Positions 36,114 through 44,595 of a stretch of DNA of 64,000 bases are shown piece after piece; position 1 is the stretch's first letter, and every line of letters begins with the position of its first letter. Under the pieces are notes generated by a model. The model was given only the letters and a program-made list of their open reading frames with translations. It was not told the DNA's origin and made no database searches. Source of the stretch: an uncultured Bacilli bacterium. GTDB lineage: Bacteria; Bacillota_I; Bacilli_A; RF39; UBA660. Position numbers and translations under genes: made by a program. The DNA lies in assembly GCA_934098565.1 (NCBI GenBank), contig CAKOON010000001.1, forward strand, positions 300,275-364,274, written 5' to 3'.

Positions 36114-36668
36114 ATGAAATTGCCGAAAATTATTATTCTTGACGAAAAAGAAAAGATTTTGCATAAAAAAGCAGAACCTGTAACGGAATTTCCATTAGCT
36201 AAAGAAGACCAAAAAAATATTGATGACATGATTAAATATCTAACTATGAGTCAAATTTCTGAGTATGCTGAAAAATATGATTTAAGACCAGGAATGGGCC
36301 TTGCTTATCCACAAATCGGAATATCAAAAAGAATATTTGTTATTGTTGATGAAGTGGAAAAAGGACAGTTTGAAAATTATATAATTATCAATCCTAAAAT
36401 TATTTCCCAAAGTGAAGAACTAATCTATGTTGGTGAGGGGGAAGGTTGTTTATCTGTTAATCGTGAGGTAGAAGGAATTGTGCCAAGAGCGGCCCGAGTA
36501 ACGGTTGAATATAACGACTACAATGGTGATACTTATCGTATCCGTGTCCGCGAAGACATAGCAGTAGCTTTTCAGCATGAAATCGACCATTTAGATGGTA
36601 TTTTATTCGTTGATAAAATAGATAAAAAGAATCCTTTTAAAGATAAAGAATTAATGCGTGAAATCTAA
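36114..36668 (+). CDS. def: peptide deformylase
   Basis: Motifs GMGLAYPQIG, EGCLS and QHEIDHLDG. ATG at 36114 follows GGGGTGGA; the track start is an upstream GTG. Confidence 0.95.
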   Translation: MKLPKIIILDEKEKILHKKAEPVTEFPLAKEDQKNIDDMIKYLTMSQISEYAEKYDLRPGMGLAYPQIGISKRIFVIVDEVEKGQFENYIIINPKIISQSEELIYVGEGEGCLSVNREVEGIVPRAARVTVEYNDYNGDTYRIRVREDIAVAFQHEIDHLDGILFVDKIDKKNPFKDKELMREI

Positions 36669-36715
36669 TTTTTGGAAATTATTTAGACAAAAAAGTGAAC
36701 TTGATTAAAAGTCCA

Positions 36716-38143
36716 CTATTTTTTGGCTGTAATTTTACCAGTTACTTCAATATTATTATCAACAATCGTCCCACCAATAAAGCTCCCAATTGAATAAACA
36801 CTATTATTTAAAGTACCACTACTCTCCCCATCTTTTAAAAGACTATAAATGCCCTTGGTAATGTCTTTACTACTAAGAATAATACTATTAGTATCATCGG
36901 CTGCTTGGAAGGTCAAAATTTCTTTATTATCTTTGTTCATTAAACTTAGGACGCTATCTTTATTAATGATATCTTTTAATTTTAAGCAAATTGTATAGTT
37001 TTTAGAATTCATAACTGGTGTTTCATAAATATCTTTGCCAACGGCTACCAAAGTACCACCATTTATGGCATAGCCGTTTACTGTCGTGATTGGGGAGTCT
37101 TCCTCAGTTCCGGATAAATAAATAAGGCCCCCATCAATAATAATATTTTGCTTAGATTTTAGATTAGCAAGGGTACTTTTAATATTAAGATTACCATCAG
37201 TAATATTGATAAGACCACCGTCTTTTGAAGTCATCATGCCATAGTCTTTAGCACTAATGAAGAGATTACCACTACTAAGAGTTAAATCGTTACTAGAAAC
37301 ATTAACCCCACTACCTTCTAAAGCCTCTATATTTAAAGTACCATGACCCTTGAATTCTAAAGGTCCTTCTGAATAAATGGCACCGGAGTAAGAAGAAGTT
37401 CCCGTCATACTAATGGTGTTAGTGGTGGCATCTAAGGTCTCAATTTTTAGTTTGCCACTACCGATATTAACAATACTAGGTATATTAATAGTCTTAATAT
37501 CAACATTATTTAAAGTCAAAGTGATATCCCCATTACAATTAACAATGATGGTATGCGTAAAAACACCATTTAAGTTATAAGTACCACCCCTAGTAACAGA
37601 AATATTGTCATTATAATCATTTAAATTAATATCTTTATCAACAATTTCGGTGCCATCTAAGCGAGGTAAATTATTATCTTTATTAGTATCACTGAGGTTT
37701 TCTTCAACAATGCTATCAGCAGGCAAAAAGGTAATTGGTCTAATCATGTTAAATAGTAGAAAACTAGTTAAACCAAAACTTAAAATCAAATAGACACCAA
37801 TCTTAGCTAGAGGAAAAAAGGTCAAATGAAAAGTTAAATAATTAAAACCGGAGAAGAGAAGGAAAAAGGCGATTTGAATGCCAATTATCATTAAAATACT
37901 CATGATAATAGTACTAAATATTTGAGTACTCCTAGTTGTTTTGTTAACTTCTACGGTACTAGCATTATTATAGCTGTCATTAGGAAATTGATAGTCATTG
38001 CCACCAAAAATCTCACTATAATTGTCATTATAGCTAGAATTTACCTCTTCTCTAGTTGTTAAGCCTTGATATAAAATAATACTAAGACTGATGAAAACCA
38101 ACATTATAGTAATTAAAATTATATTTTTGTTTTTTCTTTGCAT
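36716..38143 (-). CDS. membrane-anchored parallel beta-helix protein (Cthe_2159-like carbohydrate-binding family by eye)
   Basis: 475 aa. N-terminal TM segments, then repeated G-x-L-x-I/V-x-S turns (GGTYNLNGVF...ITLTLNNVDIK...GTLNIEALEG...GNLFISAKD). Confidence 0.55.
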   Translation of the reverse strand: MQRKNKNIILITIMLVFISLSIILYQGLTTREEVNSSYNDNYSEIFGGNDYQFPNDSYNNASTVEVNKTTRSTQIFSTIIMSILMIIGIQIAFFLLFSGFNYLTFHLTFFPLAKIGVYLILSFGLTSFLLFNMIRPITFLPADSIVEENLSDTNKDNNLPRLDGTEIVDKDINLNDYNDNISVTRGGTYNLNGVFTHTIIVNCNGDITLTLNNVDIKTINIPSIVNIGSGKLKIETLDATTNTISMTGTSSYSGAIYSEGPLEFKGHGTLNIEALEGSGVNVSSNDLTLSSGNLFISAKDYGMMTSKDGGLINITDGNLNIKSTLANLKSKQNIIIDGGLIYLSGTEEDSPITTVNGYAINGGTLVAVGKDIYETPVMNSKNYTICLKLKDIINKDSVLSLMNKDNKEILTFQAADDTNSIILSSKDITKGIYSLLKDGESSGTLNNSVYSIGSFIGGTIVDNNIEVTGKITAKK

Positions 38144-38220
38144 AAAGTATCTCTCCTACACTCTTCAATTTTAATTATTGATTGTGAAAAATAAATGAAA
38201 AAAAGACTAAGAAAGTCTAA

Positions 38221-38430
38221 TTAAGAAAACATTTTCTTTATAACGCTTAATAATTCTTCATCAGTTTCAATGGGAAGCAATTTATTACCCGAAACTCGTC
38301 TAATCATATCATCAGAATTATCCATTTCGTTGCATAAAAAGACATATGAATTATTATTGTAAATAACACTTTTAATGACTAAATAAATTTTACCATTAAA
38401 TGAGTAAAAATCTACTAATTGATTTTCCAT
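38221..38430 (-). CDS. small DUF1292-like protein
   Basis: 69 aa. SYVFLCNE...LLPIETDEELLSVIKKM resembles the YrzB/DUF1292 pattern. TAATG overlap with the upstream gene. Confidence 0.5.
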   Translation of the reverse strand: MENQLVDFYSFNGKIYLVIKSVIYNNNSYVFLCNEMDNSDDMIRRVSGNKLLPIETDEELLSVIKKMFS

Positions 38431-39272
38431 TATCTCGTTGCTCCTTTTTCTGGGTTTATTTCATTTGCTTGAGTTTGCTCTACTTGATAGGTATCAACAG
38501 CTTTGCTAAAGGCTTCTGCATCAATTTGATAATCAAAGTATTGGTCAATGGCTTCCTTACTAACTTTACCAATATTATAGCGGTTTTCATCTTCATTATT
38601 GCTATGATCTGGTACATTATAGCCTTCGTAAAGGTCTTTATTCTGATTAGCATCTGCTATAACTTTCATCTTAATAGCATTTATCTCTGCTAAGCATTCG
38701 TTAGCGTCTACCGAATAATTGCCGTAATTATACAACTTATTTTCTTCTATTAATCGATATAATAAGTATTCTGAATAATTTTCAATTGCCGTATTAATTA
38801 AAGCTTCTTTGAATTTATTAACCGAATTTTTATTTAGCATGTCTAACAGTTTGGGTGCAATCGCTTTATAAGCAGCATCGATTGTTGCCTGTTTTTCGGC
38901 TCTTTCATTGGCTTCTTGTAAAGCTTTACTTTCGGACTCTTTTATTTTTTGAGTGATTGTATGCGTAGCTTCAATGCCAACAGCGGCGGTGGCAATGACT
39001 CCAGTAGATACTAAAACGCCTTTAAGAAAAGCACGACGAGCAATTAATTTTTGGCCTTTTTCCGCTTCTATTTCTCTTCGCTCCTTACTTTGCTCACGCA
39101 TTCTTTTAGCACTATCTTCATGACGTTTATTGCCCATTCCCATAGCTTCGTTATCCTCTTCATGTAATTTTAAATTATCTCGATTATCCTTAGTCATCTT
39201 TGATAACTCTGCAATATGTGCATTATCAAATTTTTCTGTATTTTGTTCTTCTTCATTATTTAGATTTTCCAT
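38430..39272 (-). CDS. bitopic membrane protein, charged N-terminal region plus extracytoplasmic helical domain
   Basis: ATG at 39272 follows AGGTGA. Single TM VLVSTGVIATAAVGI, preceded by ARRAFLKG. No family recognised. Confidence 0.6.
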   Translation of the reverse strand: MENLNNEEEQNTEKFDNAHIAELSKMTKDNRDNLKLHEEDNEAMGMGNKRHEDSAKRMREQSKERREIEAEKGQKLIARRAFLKGVLVSTGVIATAAVGIEATHTITQKIKESESKALQEANERAEKQATIDAAYKAIAPKLLDMLNKNSVNKFKEALINTAIENYSEYLLYRLIEENKLYNYGNYSVDANECLAEINAIKMKVIADANQNKDLYEGYNVPDHSNNEDENRYNIGKVSKEAIDQYFDYQIDAEAFSKAVDTYQVEQTQANEINPEKGATR

Positions 39273-39300
39273 AATATCACCTACTATAATGATAGCATTC

Positions 39301-39882
39301 TTAAACTTTTTTCGCAACTAAAATAATATCACCTTCGGCAATTTCATCGCAGGTCTGAATATATAAGTACTTATCCAAGTTATTATAATTATTGGTAACT
39401 TTAAGAATTTCATAAGTTAAATCAAAGCCTCTGTAATTAATAGTAACTAACTTATGGCTTTCTCTAAAGCTCGCATCTTGAAATTGAAATAAAATATTAA
39501 AAGGAAGGTCGTATTTCGCTGAACTATGTCCATAAATATAACAATTAGTATCATCAAGTAAACTACAACGATAATCAACAAAGATTGCTCCAAACCTATC
39601 ATCTTGTCTATCATAATCATGATTTAAGTAGAAAGTATTATTATCTGTCTGGGCCAACAGAAAAGTTCTATTAGCAATGGTAATACTGCCTATAATATCT
39701 TCATTTTTTTTAATATAATCATCTTTATAAGAAGAAGCCAAGGCATTATAGTTTTTTTCTTCTCCATAACTTATTTTAATTCTTGTTAAGCAAATAACCA
39801 TTAAAATAAAATTCAAGATGAGTAAAAGATTTAAAAGACGACTTATTTTTCTAGTTTCTGGATTGTTTTTATTTTCTGACAT
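39301..39882 (-). CDS. srtB: class B sortase-like transpeptidase
   Basis: 193 aa. N-terminal TM, SrtB-like NTFYLNHDYD...GAIFVDYR, His in IYGHSS and Cys in IQTCDE. No Arg after the Cys. Confidence 0.7.
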   Translation of the reverse strand: MSENKNNPETRKISRLLNLLLILNFILMVICLTRIKISYGEEKNYNALASSYKDDYIKKNEDIIGSITIANRTFLLAQTDNNTFYLNHDYDRQDDRFGAIFVDYRCSLLDDTNCYIYGHSSAKYDLPFNILFQFQDASFRESHKLVTINYRGFDLTYEILKVTNNYNNLDKYLYIQTCDEIAEGDIILVAKKV

Positions 39883-41155
39883 ATTTTATCTTAGCTCCAA
39901 TTAGAAGAATAAAAGATACAATTAAACTATATAAGAACCAATTATTATCAGTAACACCGGTATAGATATCATCACTTGGAATAATATTGTTAACGGGAGT
40001 CTCATTATCTAAATCATATGTATAATAAACTTCTTGGATCTCTTCTTTAAAATTTCCTGTCTTTGGTCCATCAACACCAACTAATTTGTAACCAGCAAAA
40101 GTCTTTTCTTCGGTTGTATAAGAGTTGTTTACTTCTTCTTTAGCAGTAATAATGTCAGTAAGTAAATTACCTAAAGTATCAATATAATAGACTTTGACTT
40201 TACCATATTTAATTTCTTTATCAAAAGATAAGCCAATATCAACATCATAAGTAAACAAAGTATAGAAATTTCTGGTTAAAGCCTTATTTAAACGGAAATA
40301 TAAAGGTTCTAAAGTAATTTCACTATTAGCGGGTATGGTTATTTCTTTAAGAGCTGTATTTAAAATTTGATAAGATTCTTCATTTCTGGAATAAGCTCCA
40401 ACTGAGTAATCATTATTGTCTAAGTCCTTCTTATCGTTATATTTCATCGTTATAAAAGTGTTATAAAAATAATTGTGATTGAATGCAATTAGATTTTTAT
40501 TAGTTTCAGGAACCATACTGTAACTACTGGTATCGGTCCAAATCTTATCAATATATTTTTGAGTTAAATCTTCTAAAGACTTAAAATTGGTTTTATAATT
40601 TTTATTGAAATAGTCAATATAGTATTTATCAAGTTCATCAATTCCTGCATATCCTAGCTCTTGTAGTTTTTTACTAATATTTTCATTCGTCATTTGCTCA
40701 TCAGTTAAGTCCTTACCATCATATAAGAATTTTAACGGTTCTGAATTACATAGACGATACGTGGTCGCAAAAGTGGGAATTTGAACATTGTTATGACTTA
40801 TAATATCAGCGTAAGATTCTTTAACTTTACCCGGTTTTAGATATAATGATTTATCTTGATAAATAAAATTATTTTTACTTAGATTAATAATTTTAAGACG
40901 AAAGCTGCTTATATCCCCGACTATCGAGGCGCCGTATTTATTGGCAAAAATATCGGGCTTTAGATTAAGAACTTTAGCATTAAAATCTTGGGGAATAGTA
41001 ATTGTTTCAATACATTCTTTTTCCTCACAAACTATCTCTTTAACAAGATTTTCACTTTCGAACATGGTGTCTTTATAGGGTACGTCCCATTTTCTTTTAG
41101 TGGAAACATTCATTATACTTAAAGCAATTACAGCTAGTATAAATACTTTTTTCAT
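39869..41155 (-). CDS. cell-surface protein with MucBP-like domain and C-terminal sorting-signal-like tail
   Basis: Signal peptide. MucBP-like segment VKVYYIDTLGNLL...FAGYKLVG...VYYTYD. The C-terminus reads DIYTGVTDNN, then a hydrophobic stretch (WFLYSLIVSFILLIGA), then KIKYVRK. Confidence 0.7.
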   Translation of the reverse strand: MKKVFILAVIALSIMNVSTKRKWDVPYKDTMFESENLVKEIVCEEKECIETITIPQDFNAKVLNLKPDIFANKYGASIVGDISSFRLKIINLSKNNFIYQDKSLYLKPGKVKESYADIISHNNVQIPTFATTYRLCNSEPLKFLYDGKDLTDEQMTNENISKKLQELGYAGIDELDKYYIDYFNKNYKTNFKSLEDLTQKYIDKIWTDTSSYSMVPETNKNLIAFNHNYFYNTFITMKYNDKKDLDNNDYSVGAYSRNEESYQILNTALKEITIPANSEITLEPLYFRLNKALTRNFYTLFTYDVDIGLSFDKEIKYGKVKVYYIDTLGNLLTDIITAKEEVNNSYTTEEKTFAGYKLVGVDGPKTGNFKEEIQEVYYTYDLDNETPVNNIIPSDDIYTGVTDNNWFLYSLIVSFILLIGAKIKYVRK

Positions 41156-41240
41156 AGTTATTTTCTCTTTCTTATGAGATAATAATACTATTTTTGAGTG
41201 TCAGATTTTGTTGAATTAAAGAACTATAACGAAAAAAAGA

Positions 41241-41492
41241 CTATTTGCTAGTCTTCATTACTTCTTTCAAAAAAGACAAGGCCACTTTTTTCTCTAATGA
41301 TGTTTGAATATCTAAAAGTTTGATTGAGTCTTTATCTTTTTGTTCATACATACCATAATAAACTTGTAATTTATTATTTTGGAGTTTTTTATCGGTATAA
41401 ATTATATAATTTTTCTTTGTATATTCTTCATCATAATAAGTGGCAATAACATAATAAGTTGTATTATCACTTGTAAATCTTAAATCTTCCAT
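41241..41492 (-). CDS. small DUF1292-like protein
   Basis: 83 aa. EEYTKKNYIIYTDKK...LQVYYGMYEQKD...KLLDIQTSLEKKV parallels YrzB (KKSYIVYTDHEKD...VYASIYDS...LYPIETEKEW). Confidence 0.55.
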   Translation of the reverse strand: MEDLRFTSDNTTYYVIATYYDEEYTKKNYIIYTDKKLQNNKLQVYYGMYEQKDKDSIKLLDIQTSLEKKVALSFLKEVMKTSK

Positions 41493-41498
41493 AATTCC

Positions 41499-41951
41499 TC
41501 ACTTTAATTTTAAAGCTTTAATAATAGTTCTTTTATTAGAGCTTTCATCGATTTTTACTATTTCTATATTAGGAACAGGTTCAAAAGTTGGTTCTAAGGT
41601 TATGATATTATCGGGAACAACATAAGTCCTTGTCGTATCATTCATATCATGAGCAATATGAGATTTCTCACATTTATAGCCAATATGGTCATCATAGTCA
41701 AGAATATATCCCTCTGGCAAAATATATAATTTGGGACTATACACAGCAAAAACGTTATTTTTAATATTATCAGGGTTATTATTAATCTCGTTTATTTGGT
41801 GTTCATAGCCAAAAATTCTGGTTAAATAACAAATGGTGTCATTATGATTAACCGTATATTCATTAATTGACAGCACGGCACAGGTAGATAAAGCCACGGT
41901 AAGCAACGTGTTGCTGGCATATTTTTTTATTTTCTTTTTATTTATTTTCAT
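41499..41951 (-). CDS. secreted or lipid-anchored hypothetical protein
   Basis: ATG at 41951 follows AAGAGGAAA. Basic N-terminus, then a hydrophobic stretch ending LSTC (weak lipobox). Confidence 0.5.
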   Translation of the reverse strand: MKINKKKIKKYASNTLLTVALSTCAVLSINEYTVNHNDTICYLTRIFGYEHQINEINNNPDNIKNNVFAVYSPKLYILPEGYILDYDDHIGYKCEKSHIAHDMNDTTRTYVVPDNIITLEPTFEPVPNIEIVKIDESSNKRTIIKALKLK

Positions 41952-42105
41952 CTTGTTTCCTCTTTTCTGCAAGTTTTAATTATAAGTTATCATTTTGTAA
42001 ATTTCAAGACTATTTCTTTAATTTCACAAGACTTTCACAATTATTGAGAAAATAAGACCTTTTTTGGTCAAAATAAAAAGAAAAAGACAAGTCAAAAACC
42101 GTCTT

Positions 42106-42348
42106 CTAAATTGAATCAATATTTATCTTTACTTTACCTAAATTCATGATATAAGCCTTAGCTTGAACTAAAACTCGAATAGAGTTGGCCATTTTGCCAC
42201 CCTTACCAATGACGCCGGAACGATCTTCATCACTTACTAGGACTTCCAAAATCAAACCAGTATCAAGTTTAAATTCACTAACACGAACTTTATCAGGATG
42301 ACTAACAATTGACTTAACTAGGTATTCAGTAAATTCTCTTAATTCCAT
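42106..42348 (-). CDS. khpA: KH-domain RNA-binding protein (YlqC/KhpA)
   Basis: 80 aa. GxxG KH loop (IGKGGKMANSIR). Immediately downstream of rpsP, as in B. subtilis. Confidence 0.85.
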   Translation of the reverse strand: MELREFTEYLVKSIVSHPDKVRVSEFKLDTGLILEVLVSDEDRSGVIGKGGKMANSIRVLVQAKAYIMNLGKVKINIDSI

Positions 42349-42351
42349 AAA

Positions 42352-42627
42352 TTAATTTTCTTTCTTTTTTGAATCAGCATATTTTTTCATGATGCCTTCA
42401 TGAGCAAGAATATTTTTAACTGTATCAGTTGGTTCAGCACCATTGCCTAACCATTTAAGAGCTTTTTCTTCATCAATAGTGATGATTGCTGGGTTCTTAA
42501 TTGGATTATAAGTTCCTACAGTTTCAATAAATCTACCGTCTCTTGGAAATCTTGAGTCAGCGGCTACAATTCTATAGAATGGTTTTTGCTTAGAGCCCAT
42601 TCTTTTAAGTCTTAATTTAACTGCCAT
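42352..42627 (-). CDS. rpsP: 30S ribosomal protein S16
   Basis: 91 aa. [26 protein letters not shown] is the canonical S16 N-terminus. Confidence 0.95.
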   Translation of the reverse strand: MAVKLRLKRMGSKQKPFYRIVAADSRFPRDGRFIETVGTYNPIKNPAIITIDEEKALKWLGNGAEPTDTVKNILAHEGIMKKYADSKKKEN

Positions 42628-42656
42628 AATAGTATCCTCCTTTTTTATATATTTTT

Positions 42657-42685
42657 ATTCTAACACGAGCTAAGTCTTCTGTCAA
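42657..42685 (-). promoter_or_regulatory. candidate sigma-A promoter of rpsP-khpA
   Basis: Minus strand: TTGACA, 17-nt spacer, TAGAAT. The -10 element ends 29 nt upstream of the ATG, and an AAGGAGGA RBS follows. Confidence 0.6.
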
Positions 42686-42764
42686 CTTTTTTTAGTTAAC
42701 AGCACACATTTATACGTTATTTTTAATAAATTATACCTACGATTTAAATAGAAAAAAGGAAGAA

Positions 42765-44009
42765 TTACTCTCCCTTAACGATATTGATAGCAGCACGCAT
42801 TTTCATATCATATTTAACCATGTCTAAGCCACCAAATTCTTTCAATAATTCTTCTTTAGTCATGCCGTAATTTTTAGCCATTTCTTCAGCTTTGGCTTCT
42901 GCATCTTTATCGGTAACTTCAATCTTTTCAATCTTAGCAACATTTTCAAGCAAGAATCTTTCTTTAACTCTCTTGGTTGCCATTTCTTCATATTGTTTAT
43001 GTAAATCTTCATGAGTCATACCAGTAAATTGCATGTATTGTTCTAAAGTTAGACCATTCATTCTTAATTGTTCACTCATTTGATCAATCATTCTATGAAT
43101 TTCATCATCAATGATTTCTGGATTTATTTCTACTTCCATCTTAGCAGTAGCAGCGTTTAGGCATTCCTCAATATATTTATTTTCAATTTCTGCTTCTTTA
43201 CGACTCTTAATTTGTTCTTTAATCTTAGTTTCTAATTCTTCTTTAGTTTTAACATCATCATAGCCTAAATCTTTAAAGAAATCCTCATTAATTTCGGGTA
43301 AAACTTTTTCTTTGATAATATTAACTTTAACTTTGAATGTTACAGCTTTACCTTTTAGTTCTTCTGTATAATTTTCTGGGAATGTTAAATTTAGATCTTT
43401 TTCTTCACCAGTACTCATACCAATTAAGCCTTCTTCAAAACCAGGAATAAAAGTATTTGAGCCAATTTCTAATGGATAATTTTCGCCTTTACCGCCTTCA
43501 AATGGTTTGCCATCTAAGAAACCTTCGAAATCAATGACAACTGTGTTACCATTTTCAACTTTACCTGTTTCTTTAACTTTGATTTCAGCATATTTAGTTT
43601 GAAGTTTTTCAATTTCTTCTTTTACTTCTTTAGCTGTTACTTTAGCATTTTCTTTCTTAATACCTAAGTTTTTATATTCACCTAGTTTTACTTCAGGACT
43701 AGAAATGAATGTATATTCAATACTAATAGCATCTTTACTAATATTTTCAATATTGATTGATGGTTGAACAACTGGAGTTTCTTTTACTTCTTCTAAAACT
43801 TTTTTATATTCAGTAGTAAGTAAAATGTCAATAGCGTCGTTATATAGTGGTTCTACGCCGTTTTTACTAACGAACATCTCAAAAGGAACCATACCTTTTC
43901 TAAAACCATCAACTGTTACGTCCTTTTTAATTTTGTCATAAGCACTTGTAATAGCCTTAGTCCAAACTTCCCCATTGTATTCTTTTACGATTTTTTTTAC
44001 GTTATTCAT
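42765..44009 (-). CDS. tig: trigger factor
   Basis: 414 aa. GFRKGMVP ribosome-binding loop, central FKBP-type PPIase (VVIDFEGF.DG..FEGG) and a helical C-terminal domain. Confidence 0.95.
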   Translation of the reverse strand: MNNVKKIVKEYNGEVWTKAITSAYDKIKKDVTVDGFRKGMVPFEMFVSKNGVEPLYNDAIDILLTTEYKKVLEEVKETPVVQPSINIENISKDAISIEYTFISSPEVKLGEYKNLGIKKENAKVTAKEVKEEIEKLQTKYAEIKVKETGKVENGNTVVIDFEGFLDGKPFEGGKGENYPLEIGSNTFIPGFEEGLIGMSTGEEKDLNLTFPENYTEELKGKAVTFKVKVNIIKEKVLPEINEDFFKDLGYDDVKTKEELETKIKEQIKSRKEAEIENKYIEECLNAATAKMEVEINPEIIDDEIHRMIDQMSEQLRMNGLTLEQYMQFTGMTHEDLHKQYEEMATKRVKERFLLENVAKIEKIEVTDKDAEAKAEEMAKNYGMTKEELLKEFGGLDMVKYDMKMRAAINIVKGE

Positions 44010-44073
44010 AAAATCTTCCTTTTCTAATTAACTTCTATATTATATCTTATTCTTCCGAATTTTACCAACAAAA

Positions 44074-44544
44074 TTAAGCGATCTTAACAATTTTCACATC
44101 ATAAGAGCCATTTGGGGTAACTACATTAACTATTTCACCGGCTTTATGGCCTAAAATAGCCTTACCAATTGGTGATTCATTAGAAATCTTATTAGCAAAT
44201 GGATCAGCTTCCATGGAACCAACGATAGAATACTCTTCTTCTTCATCGTCATCAATATAATTTAAAACAACATTAGAGCCAACACCAACAGCTTCTTTAG
44301 AATTGCCGTCCATTATTTGGCAATGTTCTAGTTTAAATTCTAATTCCTTAATTCTTGCTTCAACTTGAGCTTGTTCATTTCGAGCAGCATCGTATTCAGC
44401 GTTTTCTGATAAATCCCCTAAGCTTCTTGCTTCTTGAAGAGCAGCAATTACTTCTGGTCTTTTATTTAATTTTAAATCATTCAATTCATTTTCTAAGGCC
44501 AAATATCCTTGAGGCGTTATTAGAATTGTTTGTTCTTTTGTCAT
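44074..44544 (-). CDS. greA: transcription elongation factor GreA
   Basis: 156 aa. Coiled-coil N-terminus with the GDLSENAEYDAA motif. Confidence 0.95.
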   Translation of the reverse strand: MTKEQTILITPQGYLALENELNDLKLNKRPEVIAALQEARSLGDLSENAEYDAARNEQAQVEARIKELEFKLEHCQIMDGNSKEAVGVGSNVVLNYIDDDEEEEYSIVGSMEADPFANKISNESPIGKAILGHKAGEIVNVVTPNGSYDVKIVKIA

Positions 44545-44595
44545 TTTTATTCTCTCCTCTAAAAAATTATCTATCTAAGGATACTACAAATAGAT

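Noticed and set aside
38400-39321. Plus-strand ORFs 38400-38693 and 39130-39321 in the surface cluster
   Set aside because: They are antisense to minus-strand genes that have good RBSs and coupled stops and starts. Their hydrophobic low-complexity translation is typical of the antisense frame.
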